A DNA stretch of 64,000 bases. Origin: Eledone cirrhosa. Lineage: Eukaryota. Both the position numbers and the translations under genes were made by a program. Below, piece after piece: positions 13,401 to 27,800 of the stretch (position 1 is the stretch's first letter; each line of letters opens with the position of its first letter). Location: NCBI GenBank assembly GCA_964016885.1, contig OZ024743.1, positions 361,956,001-362,020,000 of the forward strand, written 5' to 3'. A model generated the notes under the pieces. The model was not told the DNA's origin. It searched no databases and saw nothing but the letters and a program-made list of their open reading frames with translations.

Positions 13401-14750
13401 TCTCACAGTGGAAACAATTGTTATAACTAGTACAGCTGACAGTGGAAACAATTGTTATAACTAGTACAGCACACAGTGCAAACAATTTTTATAACTAGTA
13501 CCGCACACAGTGCAAACAATTGTTATAACTAGCACAGCACACAGTGGAAACAATTGTTATAACTTGTGCAGCACACAGTGGAAACAATTGTTATAACTAG
13601 TACAGCACACAGTGGAAACAATTCTTACAACTAGTAAAGCACACAGTGGAAACAATTGTTATAAATAGTACAGCACACAGTGGAAATAATTGTTATAACT
13701 AGAACAGCTGACAGTGGAAACAATTGTTATAACTAGTACAGCACACAGTGGAAACAATTGTTATAACTGGTACAGCTCACAGTGGAAACAATTGTTATAA
13801 CTAGTACAGCACACAGTGGAAACAATTGTTATAACTAGTACAGCTGACAGTGGAAACAATTGTTATAACTAGTACAGCACACAGTGGAAACAATTGTTAT
13901 AACTAGTACAGCTGACAGTGGAAACAATTGTTATAACTAGTACAGCTGACAGTGGAAACAATTGTTATAACTGGTACAGCTCACAGTGGAAACAATTGTT
14001 ATAACTAGTACAGCTCACAGTGGAAACAATTGTTATAACTAGTACAGCTGACAGTGGAAACAATTGTTATAACTAGTACAGCTGACAGTGGAAACAATTG
14101 TTATAACTATTACATCTGACAGTGGAAACAATTGTTATAACTAGTACAGCACACAGTGGAAACAATTGTTATAACTAGTACAGCTGACAGTGGAAACAAT
14201 TGTTATAACTAGTACAGCACACAGTGGAAACAATTGTTATAACTAGTACAGCACACAGTGCAAACAATTGTTATAAGTAGTACAGCTCACAGTGGAAACA
14301 ATTGTTATAACTAGTACAGCACACAGTGGAAACAATTGTTATAACTAGTACAGCACACAGTGCAAACAATTGTTATAAGTAGTACAGCTCACAGTGGAAA
14401 CAATTGTTATAACTAGTACAGCACACAGTGGAAACAATTGTTATAACTAGTACAGCTGACAGTGGAAACAATTGTTATAACTAGTACAGCACACAGTGGA
14501 AACAATTGTTATAACTAGTACAGCACACAGTGCAAACAATTGTTATAAGTAGTACAGCTCACAGTGGAAACAATTGTTATAACTAGTACAGCACATAGTG
14601 GAAACAATTGTTATAACTAGTACAGCTGACAGTGGAAACAATTGTTATAACTAGTACAGCTGACAGTGGAAACAATTGTTATAACTAGTACAGCACACAG
14701 TGGAAACAATTGCTATAACTAGTACAGCTGACAGTGGAAACAATTGTTAT
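7500..14750. repeat. Diverged higher-order duplication (about 7.5-10.5 kb vs about 11.9-14.7 kb), offset 4387-4557 bp
   Basis: GATCAGAG at 7858/12245, CACAGAGCAAAT at 8303/12860, ATTCTTACAACTAGTAAAG at 9234/13621. The offsets differ by whole monomers. Confidence 0.8.
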
Positions 14751-15514
14751 AACTAGTACAGCACACAGTGGAAACAATTGTTATAACTAGTACAGCACAC
14801 AGTGCAAACAATTGTTATAACTAGTACAGCTCACAGTGCAAATAATTGTTATAACTAGTACAGCTCACAGTGGAAACAATTGTTATAACTAGTACAGCTG
14901 ACAGTGGAAACAATTGTTATAACTAGTACAGCTGACAGTGGAAACAATTGTTATAACTATTACATCTGACAGTGGAAACAATTGTTATAACTAGTACAGC
15001 ACACAGTGGAAACAATTGTTATAACTAGTACAGCTGACAGCGGAAACAATTGTTATAACTAGTACAGCTGACAGTGGAAACAATTGTTATAACTAGTACA
15101 GCTGACAGTGGAAACAATTGTTATAACTAGTACAGCACACAATGGAAACAAATTGTTATAACTAGTACAGCTCACAGTGCAAACAATTGTTATAACTAGT
15201 ACAGCACACAGTGGAAACAATTGTTATAACTAGTACAGCTCACAGTGCAAACAATTGTTATAACTAGAACAGCACACAGTGGAAACAATTGTTATAACTA
15301 GTACAGCACACAGTGCAAACAATTGTTATAATTAGTACAGCACACAGTGGAAACAATTGTTATAACTAGTACAGCACACAGTGGAAACAATTGTTATAGC
15401 TAGTACAGCACACAGTGCAAACAATTGTTATAACTGGTACAGCACACAGTGCAAACAATTGTTATAGCTAGTACAGCTGACAGTGGAAACAATTGTTATA
15501 ACTAGTACAGCTCA

Positions 15515-18500
15515 CAGTGCAAACAATTGTTATAACTAGTACAGCACACAGTGGAAACAATTGTTATAACTAGTACAGCACACAGTGGAAACAATTGTTA
15601 TAGCTAGTACAGCACACAGTGCAAACAATTGTTATAACTGGTACAGCACACAGTGGAAACAATTGTTATAACTAGTACAGCTGACAGTGCAAACAATTGT
15701 TATAACTAGTACAGCTGACAGTGGAAACAATTGTTATAAATAGTACAGCACACAGTGCAAACAATTGTTATAGCTAGTACAGCTCACAGTGCAAACAATT
15801 GTTATAACTAGTACAGCACACAGTGCAAACAATTGTTATAACTAGTACAGCACACAGTGGAAACAATTGTTATAACTAGTACAGCTGACAGTGCAAACAA
15901 TTTTTATGACTAGTACAGCACACAGTGCAAACAATTGTTATAACTAGCACAGCACACAGTGGAAACAATTGTTTTAACTAGTACAGCTCACAGTGGAAAC
16001 AATTGTTATAACTAGTACAGCTCACAGTGGAAACAATTGTTATGACTAGTACAGCTCACAGTGGAAACAATTGTTATAACTAGTACAGCACACAGTGGAA
16101 ACAATTGTTATAACTAGTACAGCAAACAGTGGAAACAATTGTTATAACTAGCACATCACACAGGGGAAACAATTGTTATAATTAGTACAGCACACAGTGG
16201 AAACAATTATTATAACTAGTACAGCACACAGTGGAAACAATTGTTATAACTAGTACAGCTGACAGTGGAAACAGTTGTTATAACTAGAACAGCACACAGT
16301 GGAAACAATTGTTATAACTAGTACAGCTGACAGTGGAAACAATTGTTATAACTGGTACAGCTCACAATGGAAACAATTGTTATAAGTAGTACCGCACACA
16401 GTGGAAACAATTGTTATAACTAGTACAGCACATAGTGGAAACAATTGTTATAACTAGTACAGCTGACAGTGGAAACAATTGTTATAACTAGTACAGCTGA
16501 CAGTGGAAACAATTGTTATAACTAGTACAGTACACAGTGGAAACAATTGTTATAACTAGTACAGCTGACAGTGGAAACAATTGTTATAACTAGTACAGCA
16601 CACAGTGGAAACAATTGTTATAACTAGTACAGCACACAGTGCAAACAATTGTTATAACTAGTACAGCTCACAGTGCAAATAATTGTTATAACTAGTACAG
16701 CTCACAGTGGAAACAATTGTTATAACTAGTACAGCTGACAGTGGAAACAATTGTTATAACTAGTACAGCTGACAGTGGAAACAATTGTTATAACTATTAC
16801 ATCTGACAGTGGAAACAATTGTTATAACTATTACATCTGACAGTGGAAACAATTGTTATAACTAGTACAGCTGACAGTGCAAACAATTGTTATAACTAGT
16901 ACAGCACACAGTGGAAACAATTGTTATAGCTAGTACAGCACACAGTGCAAACAATTGTTATAAATAGTACAGCACACAGTGCAAACAATTGTTATAACTG
17001 GTACAGCTCACAGTGCAAACAATTGTTATATCTAGTACAGCTCACAGTGCAAACAATTGTTATATCTAGTACAGCACACAGTGGAAACAATTGTTATAAC
17101 TAGTACAGCACACAGTGCAAACAATTGTTATAGCTAGTACAGCACACAGTGCAAACAATTGTTATAAATAGTACAGCACACAGTGCAAACAATTGTTATA
17201 ACTAGCACATCACACAGGGGAAACAATTGTTATAACTAGTACAGCTGACAGTGGAAACAATTGTTATAACTAGTACAGCTCACAGTGCAAACAATTGTTA
17301 TATCTAGTACAGCACACAGTGGAAACAATTGTTATAACTAGTACAGCACACAGTGCAAACAATTGTTATAGCTAGTACAGCTCACAGTGCAAACAATTGT
17401 TATATCTAGTACAGCACACAGTGGAAACAATTGTTATAACTAGTACAGCACACAGTGGAAACAATTGTTATAACTAGTACAGCTGACAGAGGAAACAATT
17501 GTTATAAATAGTACAGCACACAGTGCAAACAATTGTTATAACTGGTACAGCACACAGTGGAAACAATTGTTATAACTAGTACAGCTGACAGTGCAAACAA
17601 TTGTTATAACTAGTACAGCTCACAGTGGAAACAATTGTTATAAATAGTACAGCTGACAGTGGAAACAATTGTTATAACTAGTACAGCACACAGTGGAAAC
17701 AATTGTTATAAATAGTACAGCACACAGTGCAAACAATTGTTATAGCTAGTACAGCTCACAGTGCAAACAATTGTTATAACTAGTACAGCACACAGTGCAA
17801 ACAATTGTTATAACTAGTACAGCACACAGTGGAAACAATTGTTATAACTAGTACAGCTCACAGTGCAAACAATTTTGATGACTAGTACAGCACACAGTGC
17901 AAACAATTGTTATAACTAGCACAGCACACAGTGGAAACAATTGTTTTAACTAGTACAGCTCACAGTGGAAACAATTGTTATAACTAGTACAGCTCACAGT
18001 GGAAACAATTGTTATGACTAGTACAGCTCACAGTGGAAACAATTGTTATAACTAGTACAGCACACAGTGGAAACAATTGTTATAACTAGTACAGCAAACA
18101 GTGGAAACAATTGTTATAACTAGCACATCACACAGGGGAAACAATTGTTATAACTAGTACAGCACACAGTGGAAACAATTGTTATAACTAGTACAGCACA
18201 CAGTGGAAACAATTGTTATAACTCGTACAGCTGACAGTGGAAACAATTGTTATAACTAGTACAGCTGACAGTAGAAACAATTGTTATAACTAGTACAGCA
18301 CACAATGGAAACAAATTGTTATAACTAGTACAGCTCACAGTGCAAACAATTGTTATAACTAGTACAGCACACAGTGGAAACAATTGTTATAACTAGTACA
18401 GCTCACAGTGCAAACAATTGTTATAACTAGTACAGCACACAGTGGAAACAATTGTTATAATTAGTACAGCACACAGTGGAAACAATTGTTATAACTAGTA

Positions 18501-21500
18501 CAGCACACAGTGCAAACAATTTTTATGACTAGTACAGCACACAGTGCAAACAATTGTTATAACTAGCACAGCACACAGTGGAAACAATTGTTTTAACTAG
18601 TACAGCTCACAGTGGAAACAATTGTTATAACTAGTACAGCTCACAGTGGAAACAATTGTTATGACTAGTACAGCTCACAGTGGAAACAATTGTTATAACT
18701 AGTACAGCAAACAGTGGAAACAATTGTTATAACTAGCACATCACACAGGGGAAACAATTGTTATAATTAGTACAGCACACAGTGGAAACAATTGTTATAA
18801 CTAGTACAGCAAACAGTGGAAACAATTGTTATAACTAGCACATCACACAGGGGAAACAATTGTTATAATTAGTACAGCACACAGTGGAAACAATTGTTAT
18901 AACTAGTACAGCACACAGTGGAAACAATTGTTATAACTAGTACAGCACACAGTGGAAACAATTGTTATAACTAGTACAGCTCACAGTGGAAACAATTGTT
19001 ATAACTAGTACAGCTGACAGTGGAAACAATTGTTATAACTAGTACAGCTGACAGTGGAAACAATTGTTATAACTAGTACAGCACACAGTGGAAACAATTG
19101 TTATAACTAGTACAGCACACAGTGGAAACAATTGTTATAACTAGTACAGCACACAGTGGAAACAATTGTTATAACTAGTACAGCTGACAGAGGAAACAAT
19201 TGTTATAACTAGTACAGATGACAGTGGAAACAATTGTTATAACTAGTACAGCTGACAGTGGAAACAATTGTTATAACTGGTACAGCACACAGTGGAAACA
19301 ATTGTTATAAATAGTACAGCTGACAGTGGAAACAATTGTTATAACTAGTACAGCACACAGTGGAAAGAATTGTTATAACTAGTACAGCACACAGTGCAAA
19401 CAATTGTTATAACTAGTACAGCTCACAGTGCAAATAATTGTTATAACTAGTACAGCTCACAGTGGAAACAATTGTTATAACTAGTACAGCTGACTGTGGA
19501 AACAATTGTTATAACTAGTACAGCACACAGTGGAAACAATTGTTATAACTAGTACAGCACACAGTGCAAACAATTGTTATAACTAGTACAGCTCACAGTG
19601 CAAACAATTGTTATAACTAGTACAGATCACAGTGGAAACAATTGTTATAACTAGTACAGCTGACAGTGGAAACATTTGTTATAACTAGTACAGCTGACAG
19701 TGGAAACAATTTTTATAACTAGTACAGTACACAGTGGAAATAATTGTTATAACTAGTACAGCACACAGTGCAAACAATTGTTATAACTAGTACAGCACAC
19801 AGTGGAAACAATTGTTATAACTAGTACAGCACACAGTGGAAACAATTGTTATAGCTAGTACAGCACACAGTGCAAACAATTGTTATAACTGGTACAGCAC
19901 ACAGTGGAAACAATTGTTATAACTAGTACAGCTGACAGTGCAAACAATTGTTATAACTAGTACAGCTGACAGTGGAAACAATTGTTATAAATAGTACAGC
20001 ACACAGTGCAAACAATTGTTATAGCTAGTACAGCTCACAGTGCAAACAATTGTTATAACTAGTACAGCACACAGTGCAAACAATTGTTATAACTAGTACA
20101 GCACACAGTGGAAACAATTGTTATAACTAGTACAGCTGACAGTGCAAACAATTTTTATGACTAGTACAGCACACAGTGCAAACAATTGTTATAACTAGCA
20201 CAGCACACAGTGGAAACAATTGTTTTAACTAGTACAGCTCACAGTGGAAACAATTGTTATAACTAGTACAGCTCACAGTGGAAACAATTGTTATGACTAG
20301 TACAGCTCACAGTGGAAACAATTGTTATAACTAGTACAGCACACAGTGGAAACAATTGTTATAACTAGTACAGCAAACAGTGGAAACAATTGTTATAACT
20401 AGCACATCACACAGGGGAAACAATTGTTATAATTAGTACAGCACACAGTGGAAACAATTATTATAACTAGTACAGCACACAGTGGAAACAATTGTTATAA
20501 CTAGTACAGCTGACAGTGGAAACAGTTGTTATAACTAGAACAGCACACAGTGGAAACAATTGTTATAACTAGTACAGCTGACAGTGGAAACAATTGTTAT
20601 AACTGGTACAGCTCACAGTGGAAACAATTGTTATAAGTAGTACCGCACACAGTGGAAACAATTGTTATAACTAGTACAGCACATAGTGGAAACAATTGTT
20701 ATAACTAGTACAGCTGACAGTGGAAACAATTGTTATAACTAGTACAGCTGACAGTGGAAACAATTGTTATAACTAGTACAGTACACAGTGGAAACAATTG
20801 TTATAACTAGTACAGCTGACAGTGGAAACAATTGTTATAACTAGTACAGCACACAGTGGAAACAATTGTTATAACTAGTACAGCACACAGTGCAAACAAT
20901 TGTTATAACTAGTACAGCTCACAGTGCAAATAATTGTTATAACTAGTACAGCTCACAGTGGAAACAATTGTTATAACTAGTACAGCTGACAGTGGAAACA
21001 ATTGTTATAACTAGTACAGCTGACAGTGGAAACAATTGTTATAACTATTACATCTGACAGTGGAAACAATTGTTATAACTATTACATCTGACAGTGGAAA
21101 CAATTGTTATAACTAGTACAGCTGACAGTGCAAACAATTGTTATAACTAGTACAGCACACAGTGGAAACAATTGTTATAGCTAGTACAGCACACAGTGCA
21201 AACAATTGTTATAAATAGTACAGCACACAGTGCAAACAATTGTTATAACTGGTACAGCTCACAGTGCAAACAATTGTTATATCTAGTACAGCTCACAGTG
21301 CAAACAATTGTTATATCTAGTACAGCACACAGTGGAAACAATTGTTATAACTAGTACAGCACACAGTGCAAACAATTGTTATAGCTAGTACAGCACACAG
21401 TGCAAACAATTGTTATAAATAGTACAGCACACAGTGCAAACAATTGTTATAACTAGCACATCACACAGGGGAAACAATTGTTATAACTAGTACAGCTGAC

Positions 21501-24500
21501 AGTGGAAACAATTGTTATAACTAGTACAGCTCACAGTGCAAACAATTGTTATATCTAGTACAGCACACAGTGGAAACAATTGTTATAACTAGTACAGCAC
21601 ACAGTGCAAACAATTGTTATAGCTAGTACAGCTCACAGTGCAAACAATTGTTATATCTAGTACAGCACACAGTGGAAACAATTGTTATAACTAGTACAGC
21701 ACACAGTGGAAACAATTGTTATAACTAGTACAGCTGACAGAGGAAACAATTGTTATAAATAGTACAGCACACAGTGCAAACAATTGTTATAACTGGTACA
21801 GCACACAGTGGAAACAATTGTTATAACTAGTACAGCTGACAGTGCAAACAATTGTTATAACTAGTACAGCTCACAGTGGAAACAATTGTTATAAATAGTA
21901 CAGCTGACAGTGGAAACAATTGTTATAACTAGTACAGCACACAGTGGAAACAATTGTTATAAATAGTACAGCACACAGTGCAAACAATTGTTATAGCTAG
22001 TACAGCTCACAGTGCAAACAATTGTTATAACTAGTACAGCACACAGTGCAAACAATTGTTATAACTAGTACAGCACACAGTGGAAACAATTGTTATAACT
22101 AGTACAGCTCACAGTGCAAACAATTTTGATGACTAGTACAGCACACAGTGCAAACAATTGTTATAACTAGCACAGCACACAGTGGAAACAATTGTTTTAA
22201 CTAGTACAGCTCACAGTGGAAACAATTGTTATAACTAGTACAGCTCACAGTGGAAACAATTGTTATGACTAGTACAGCTCACAGTGGAAACAATTGTTAT
22301 AACTAGTACAGCACACAGTGGAAACAATTGTTATAACTAGTACAGCAAACAGTGGAAACAATTGTTATAACTAGCACATCACACAGGGGAAACAATTGTT
22401 ATAACTAGTACAGCACACAGTGGAAACAATTGTTATAACTAGTACAGCACACAGTGGAAACAATTGTTATAACTCGTACAGCTGACAGTGGAAACAATTG
22501 TTATAACTAGTACAGCTGACAGTAGAAACAATTGTTATAACTAGTACAGCACACAATGGAAACAAATTGTTATAACTAGTACAGCTCACAGTGCAAACAA
22601 TTGTTATAACTAGTACAGCACACAGTGGAAACAATTGTTATAACTAGTACAGCTCACAGTGCAAACAATTGTTATAACTAGTACAGCACACAGTGGAAAC
22701 AATTGTTATAATTAGTACAGCACACAGTGGAAACAATTGTTATAACTAGTACAGCACACAGTGCAAACAATTTTTATGACTAGTACAGCACACAGTGCAA
22801 ACAATTGTTATAACTAGCACAGCACACAGTGGAAACAATTGTTTTAACTAGTACAGCTCACAGTGGAAACAATTGTTATAACTAGTACAGCTCACAGTGG
22901 AAACAATTGTTATGACTAGTACAGCTCACAGTGGAAACAATTGTTATAACTAGTACAGCAAACAGTGGAAACAATTGTTATAACTAGCACATCACACAGG
23001 GGAAACAATTGTTATAATTAGTACAGCACACAGTGGAAACAATTGTTATAACTAGTACAGCAAACAGTGGAAACAATTGTTATAACTAGCACATCACACA
23101 GGGGAAACAATTGTTATAATTAGTACAGCACACAGTGGAAACAATTGTTATAACTAGTACAGCACACAGTGGAAACAATTGTTATAACTAGTACAGCACA
23201 CAGTGGAAACAATTGTTATAACTAGTACAGCTCACAGTGGAAACAATTGTTATAACTAGTACAGCTGACAGTGGAAACAATTGTTATAACTAGTACAGCT
23301 GACAGTGGAAACAATTGTTATAACTAGTACAGCACACAATGGAAACAAATTGTTATAACTAGTACAGCTCACAGTGCAAACAATTGTTATAACTAGTACA
23401 GCACACAGTGGAAACAATTGTTATAACTAGTACAGCTCACAGTGCAAACAATTGTTATAACTAGTACAGCACACAGTGGAAACAATTGTTATAATTAGTA
23501 CAGCACACAGTGGAAACAATTGTTATAACTAGTACAGCACACAGTGCAAACAATTTTTATGACTAGTACAGCACACAGTGCAAACAATTGTTATAACTAG
23601 CACAGCACACAGTGGAAACAATTGTTTTAACTAGTACAGCTCACAGTGGAAACAATTGTTATAACTAGTACAGCTCACAGTGGAAACAATTGTTATGACT
23701 AGTACAGCTCACAGTGGAAACAATTGTTATAACTAGTACAGCAAACAGTGGAAACAATTGTTATAACTAGCACATCACACAGGGGAAACAATTGTTATAA
23801 TTAGTACAGCACACAGTGGAAACAATTGTTATAACTAGTACAGCAAACAGTGGAAACAATTGTTATAACTAGCACATCACACAGGGGAAACAATTGTTAT
23901 AATTAGTACAGCACACAGTGGAAACAATTGTTATAACTAGTACAGCACACAGTGGAAACAATTGTTATAACTAGTACAGCACACAGTGGAAACAATTGTT
24001 ATAACTAGTACAGCTCACAGTGGAAACAATTGTTATAACTAGTACAGCTGACAGTGGAAACAATTGTTATAACTAGTACAGCTGACAGTGGAAACAATTG
24101 TTATAACTAGTACAGCACACAGTGGAAACAATTGTTATAACTAGTACAGCACACAGTGGAAACAATTGTTATAACTAGTACAGCACACAGTGGAAACAAT
24201 TGTTATAACTAGTACAGCTGACAGAGGAAACAATTGTTATAACTAGTACAGATGACAGTGGAAACAATTGTTATAACTAGTACAGCTGACAGTGGAAACA
24301 ATTGTTATAACTGGTACAGCACACAGTGGAAACAATTGTTATAAATAGTACAGCTGACAGTGGAAACAATTGTTATAACTAGTACAGCACACAGTGGAAA
24401 GAATTGTTATAACTAGTACAGCACACAGTGCAAACAATTGTTATAACTAGTACAGCTCACAGTGCAAATAATTGTTATAACTAGTACAGCTCACAGTGGA

Positions 24501-24800
24501 AACAATTGTTATAACTAGTACAGCTGACTGTGGAAACAATTGTTATAACTAGTACAGCACACAGTGGAAACAATTGTTATAACTAGTACAGCACACAGTG
24601 CAAACAATTGTTATAACTAGTACAGCTCACAGTGCAAACAATTGTTATAACTAGTACAGATCACAGTGGAAACAATTGTTATAACTAGTACAGCTGACAG
24701 TGGAAACATTTGTTATAACTAGTACAGCTGACAGTGGAAACAATTTTTATAACTAGTACAGTACACAGTGGAAATAATTGTTATAACTAGTACAGCACAC
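15515..24800. repeat. Near-identical tandem duplication with period 4251 bp (125 monomers plus 1 bp); the second copy contains a nested 783-bp duplication
   Basis: Constant 4251 offset for TAGCT 15601/19852, ACAGTT 16271/20522, AATTTTGATG 17871/22122, ACTCG 18221/22472 and the 35-bp monomer 18301/22552. The offset then becomes 5034 (GACAGAGG 19186/24220). Confidence 0.92.
22552..24117. repeat. Nested 783-bp tandem duplication (23 monomers plus 1 bp)
   Basis: The CACAATGGAAACAAATT monomer occurs at 22552 and 23335, each followed by the same variant series. 4251+783=5034 matches the downstream offset. Confidence 0.9.
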
Positions 24801-27800
24801 AGTGCAAACAATTGTTATAACTAGTACAGCTTACAGTGGAAACAATTGTTATAAATAGTACAGCTCACAGTGCAAACAATTGTTATAACTAGTACAGCAC
24901 ACAGTGGAAACAATTGTTATAAATAGTACAGCTGACAGTGGAAACAATTGTTATAACTAGTACAGCACACAGTGCAAACAATTTTTATAACTAGTACAGC
25001 ACACAGTGCAAACAATTGTTATAACTGGCACAGCACACAGTGGAAACAATTGTTATAACTAGTACAGCTGACAGTGGAAACAATTGTTATAGCTAGTACA
25101 GCACACAGTGCAAACAATTTTTATAACTAGTACAGCTCACAGTGGAAACAATTGTTATAGCTAGTACAGCACACAGTGCAAACAATTGTTATAACTGGGA
25201 CAGCACACAGTGGAAACAATTGTTATAACTAGTACAGCTCACAGTGGAAACAATTGTTATAACTAGTACAGCTCACAGTGGAAACAATTGTTATGACTAG
25301 TACAGCTCACAGTGGAAACAATTTTTATAACTAGTACAGTACACAGTGGAAATAATTGTTATAACTAGTACAGCACACAGTGCAAACAATTGTTATAACT
25401 AGTACAGCTCACAGTGCAAATAATTGTTATAACTAGTACAGCTCACAGTGGAAACAATTGTTATAACTAGTACAGCACACCGTGGAAACAATTGTTATAA
25501 CTAGTACAGCACACAGTGCAAACAATTGTTATAACTAGTACAGTACACAGTGGAAATAATTGTTATAACTAGTACAGCACACAGTGCAAACAATTGTTAT
25601 AACTAGTACAGCTCACAGTGCAAACAATTGTTATAACTAGTACAGCTCACAGTAGAAACAATTGTTATAACTAGTACAGCTGACGGTGGAAACAATTGTT
25701 ATAACTAGTACAGCTGACAGTGGAAACAATTGTTATAACTAGTACAGCTCACAGTGGAAACAATTGTTATAACTAGTTCAGCTGACAGTGGAAACAATTG
25801 TTATAACTAGTACAGCACACAGTGGAAACAATTGTTATAACTAGTACAGCTCACAGTGCAAACAATTGTTATAACTAGTACAGCACACAGTGGAAACAAT
25901 TGTTATAACTAGTACAGATCACAGTGCAAAAAATTGTTATAACTAGTACAGCACACAGTGGAAACAATTGTTATAACTAGTACAGCACACAGTGGAAATA
26001 ATTGTTATAACTAGTACAGCACACAGGGGAAACAATTGTTATAACTAGTACAGCACACAGTGGAAACAATTGTTATAACTAGTACAGCACACAGTGGAAA
26101 CAATTGTTATAACTAGTACAGCTCACAGTGCAAACAATTGTTATAACTAGTACAGCACACAGTGGAAACAATTGTTATAACAAGTACAACACACAGTGGA
26201 AACAATTGTTATAACTAGTACAGCTGACAGTGGAAACAATTGTTATAACTAGTACAGCTCACAGTGGAAACAATTGTTATAACTAGTACAGCTGACAGTG
26301 GAAACAATTGTTATAACTAGTACAGCACACAGTGGAAACAATTGTTATAACTAGTACAGCTGACAGTGGAAACAATTGTTATAACTAGTACAGCACACAG
26401 TGGAAACAATTGTTATAACTAGTACAGCACACAGTGAAAACAATTGTTATAAATAGTACAGCTCACAGTGGAAACAATTGTTATAACTAGTACCGCACAC
26501 AGTGGAAAAAATTGTTATAACTAGTACAGCACACAGTGGAAACAATTGTTATAACTAGTACAGCACACAGTGCAAACAATTGTTATAACTAGTACAGCTC
26601 ACAGTGCAAACAATTGTTATAACTAGTACAGATCACAGTGGAAACAATTGTTATAACTAGTACAGCTGACAGTGGAAACATTTGTTATAACTAGTACAGC
26701 TGACAGTGGAAACAATTGTTATAACTAGTACAGCTGACAGTGGAAACAATTGTTATAACTGGTACAGCTGACAGTGGAAACAATTGTTATAACTAGTACA
26801 GCACACAGTGGAAACAATTGTTATAACTGGTACAGCTGACAGTGGAAACAATTGTTTTAAATAGTACAGCACACAGTGGAAACAATTGTTATAACTAGTA
26901 CAGCACACAGTGGAAACAATTGTTATAACTGGTACAGCTGACAGTGGAAACAATTGTTATAACTAGTACAGCTGACAGTGGAAACAATTGTTTTAAATAG
27001 TACAGCACACAGTGGAAACAATTGTTATAACTAGTACAGCACACAATGCAAACAATTGTTATAACTAGTACAGCTCACAGTGGAAGCAATTGTTATAAAT
27101 AGTACAGCTGACAGTGGAAACAATTGTTATAACTAGTACAGCTCACAGTGGAAGCAATTGTTATAAATAGTACAGCTGACAGTGGAAACAATTGTTATAA
27201 CTAGTACAGCACACAGTGCAAACAATTGTTATAACTAGTACAGCTGACAGTGGAAACAATTGTTATAACTAGTACAGCTCACAGTGGAAACAATTGTTAT
27301 AACTAGTACAGCTGACAGTGGAAACAATTGTTATAACTAGTACAGCTCACAGTGGAAACAATTGTTATGACTAGTACAGCTCACAGTGGAAACAATTGTT
27401 ATAAATAGTACAGCTGACAGTGGAAACAATTGTTATAACTAGTACAGCTCACAGTGGAAACAATTGTTATAACTAGTACAGCTCACAGTGGAAACAATTG
27501 TTATAACTAGTACAGCACACAGTGGAAATAATTGTTATAACTAGTACAGCACACAGGGGAAACAATTGTTATAACTAGTACAGCACACAGTGGAAACAAT
27601 TGTTATAACTAGTACAGCACACAGTGGAAACAATTGTTATAACTAGTACCGCACACAGTGGAAAAAATTGTTATAACTAGTACAGCACACAGTGGAAACA
27701 ATTGTTATAACTAGTACAGCTCACAGTGCAAACAATTGTTATAACTAGTACAGATCACAGTGGAAACAATTGTTATAACTAGTACAGCTGACAGTGGAAA

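Noticed and set aside
26753-26953. 66-aa minus-strand ORF from the track
   Set aside because: Same artefact: GTTTTAAATAG at about 26854 removes both in-frame stops, and the start is not ATG. The Cys/His content simply reflects the repeat sequence.
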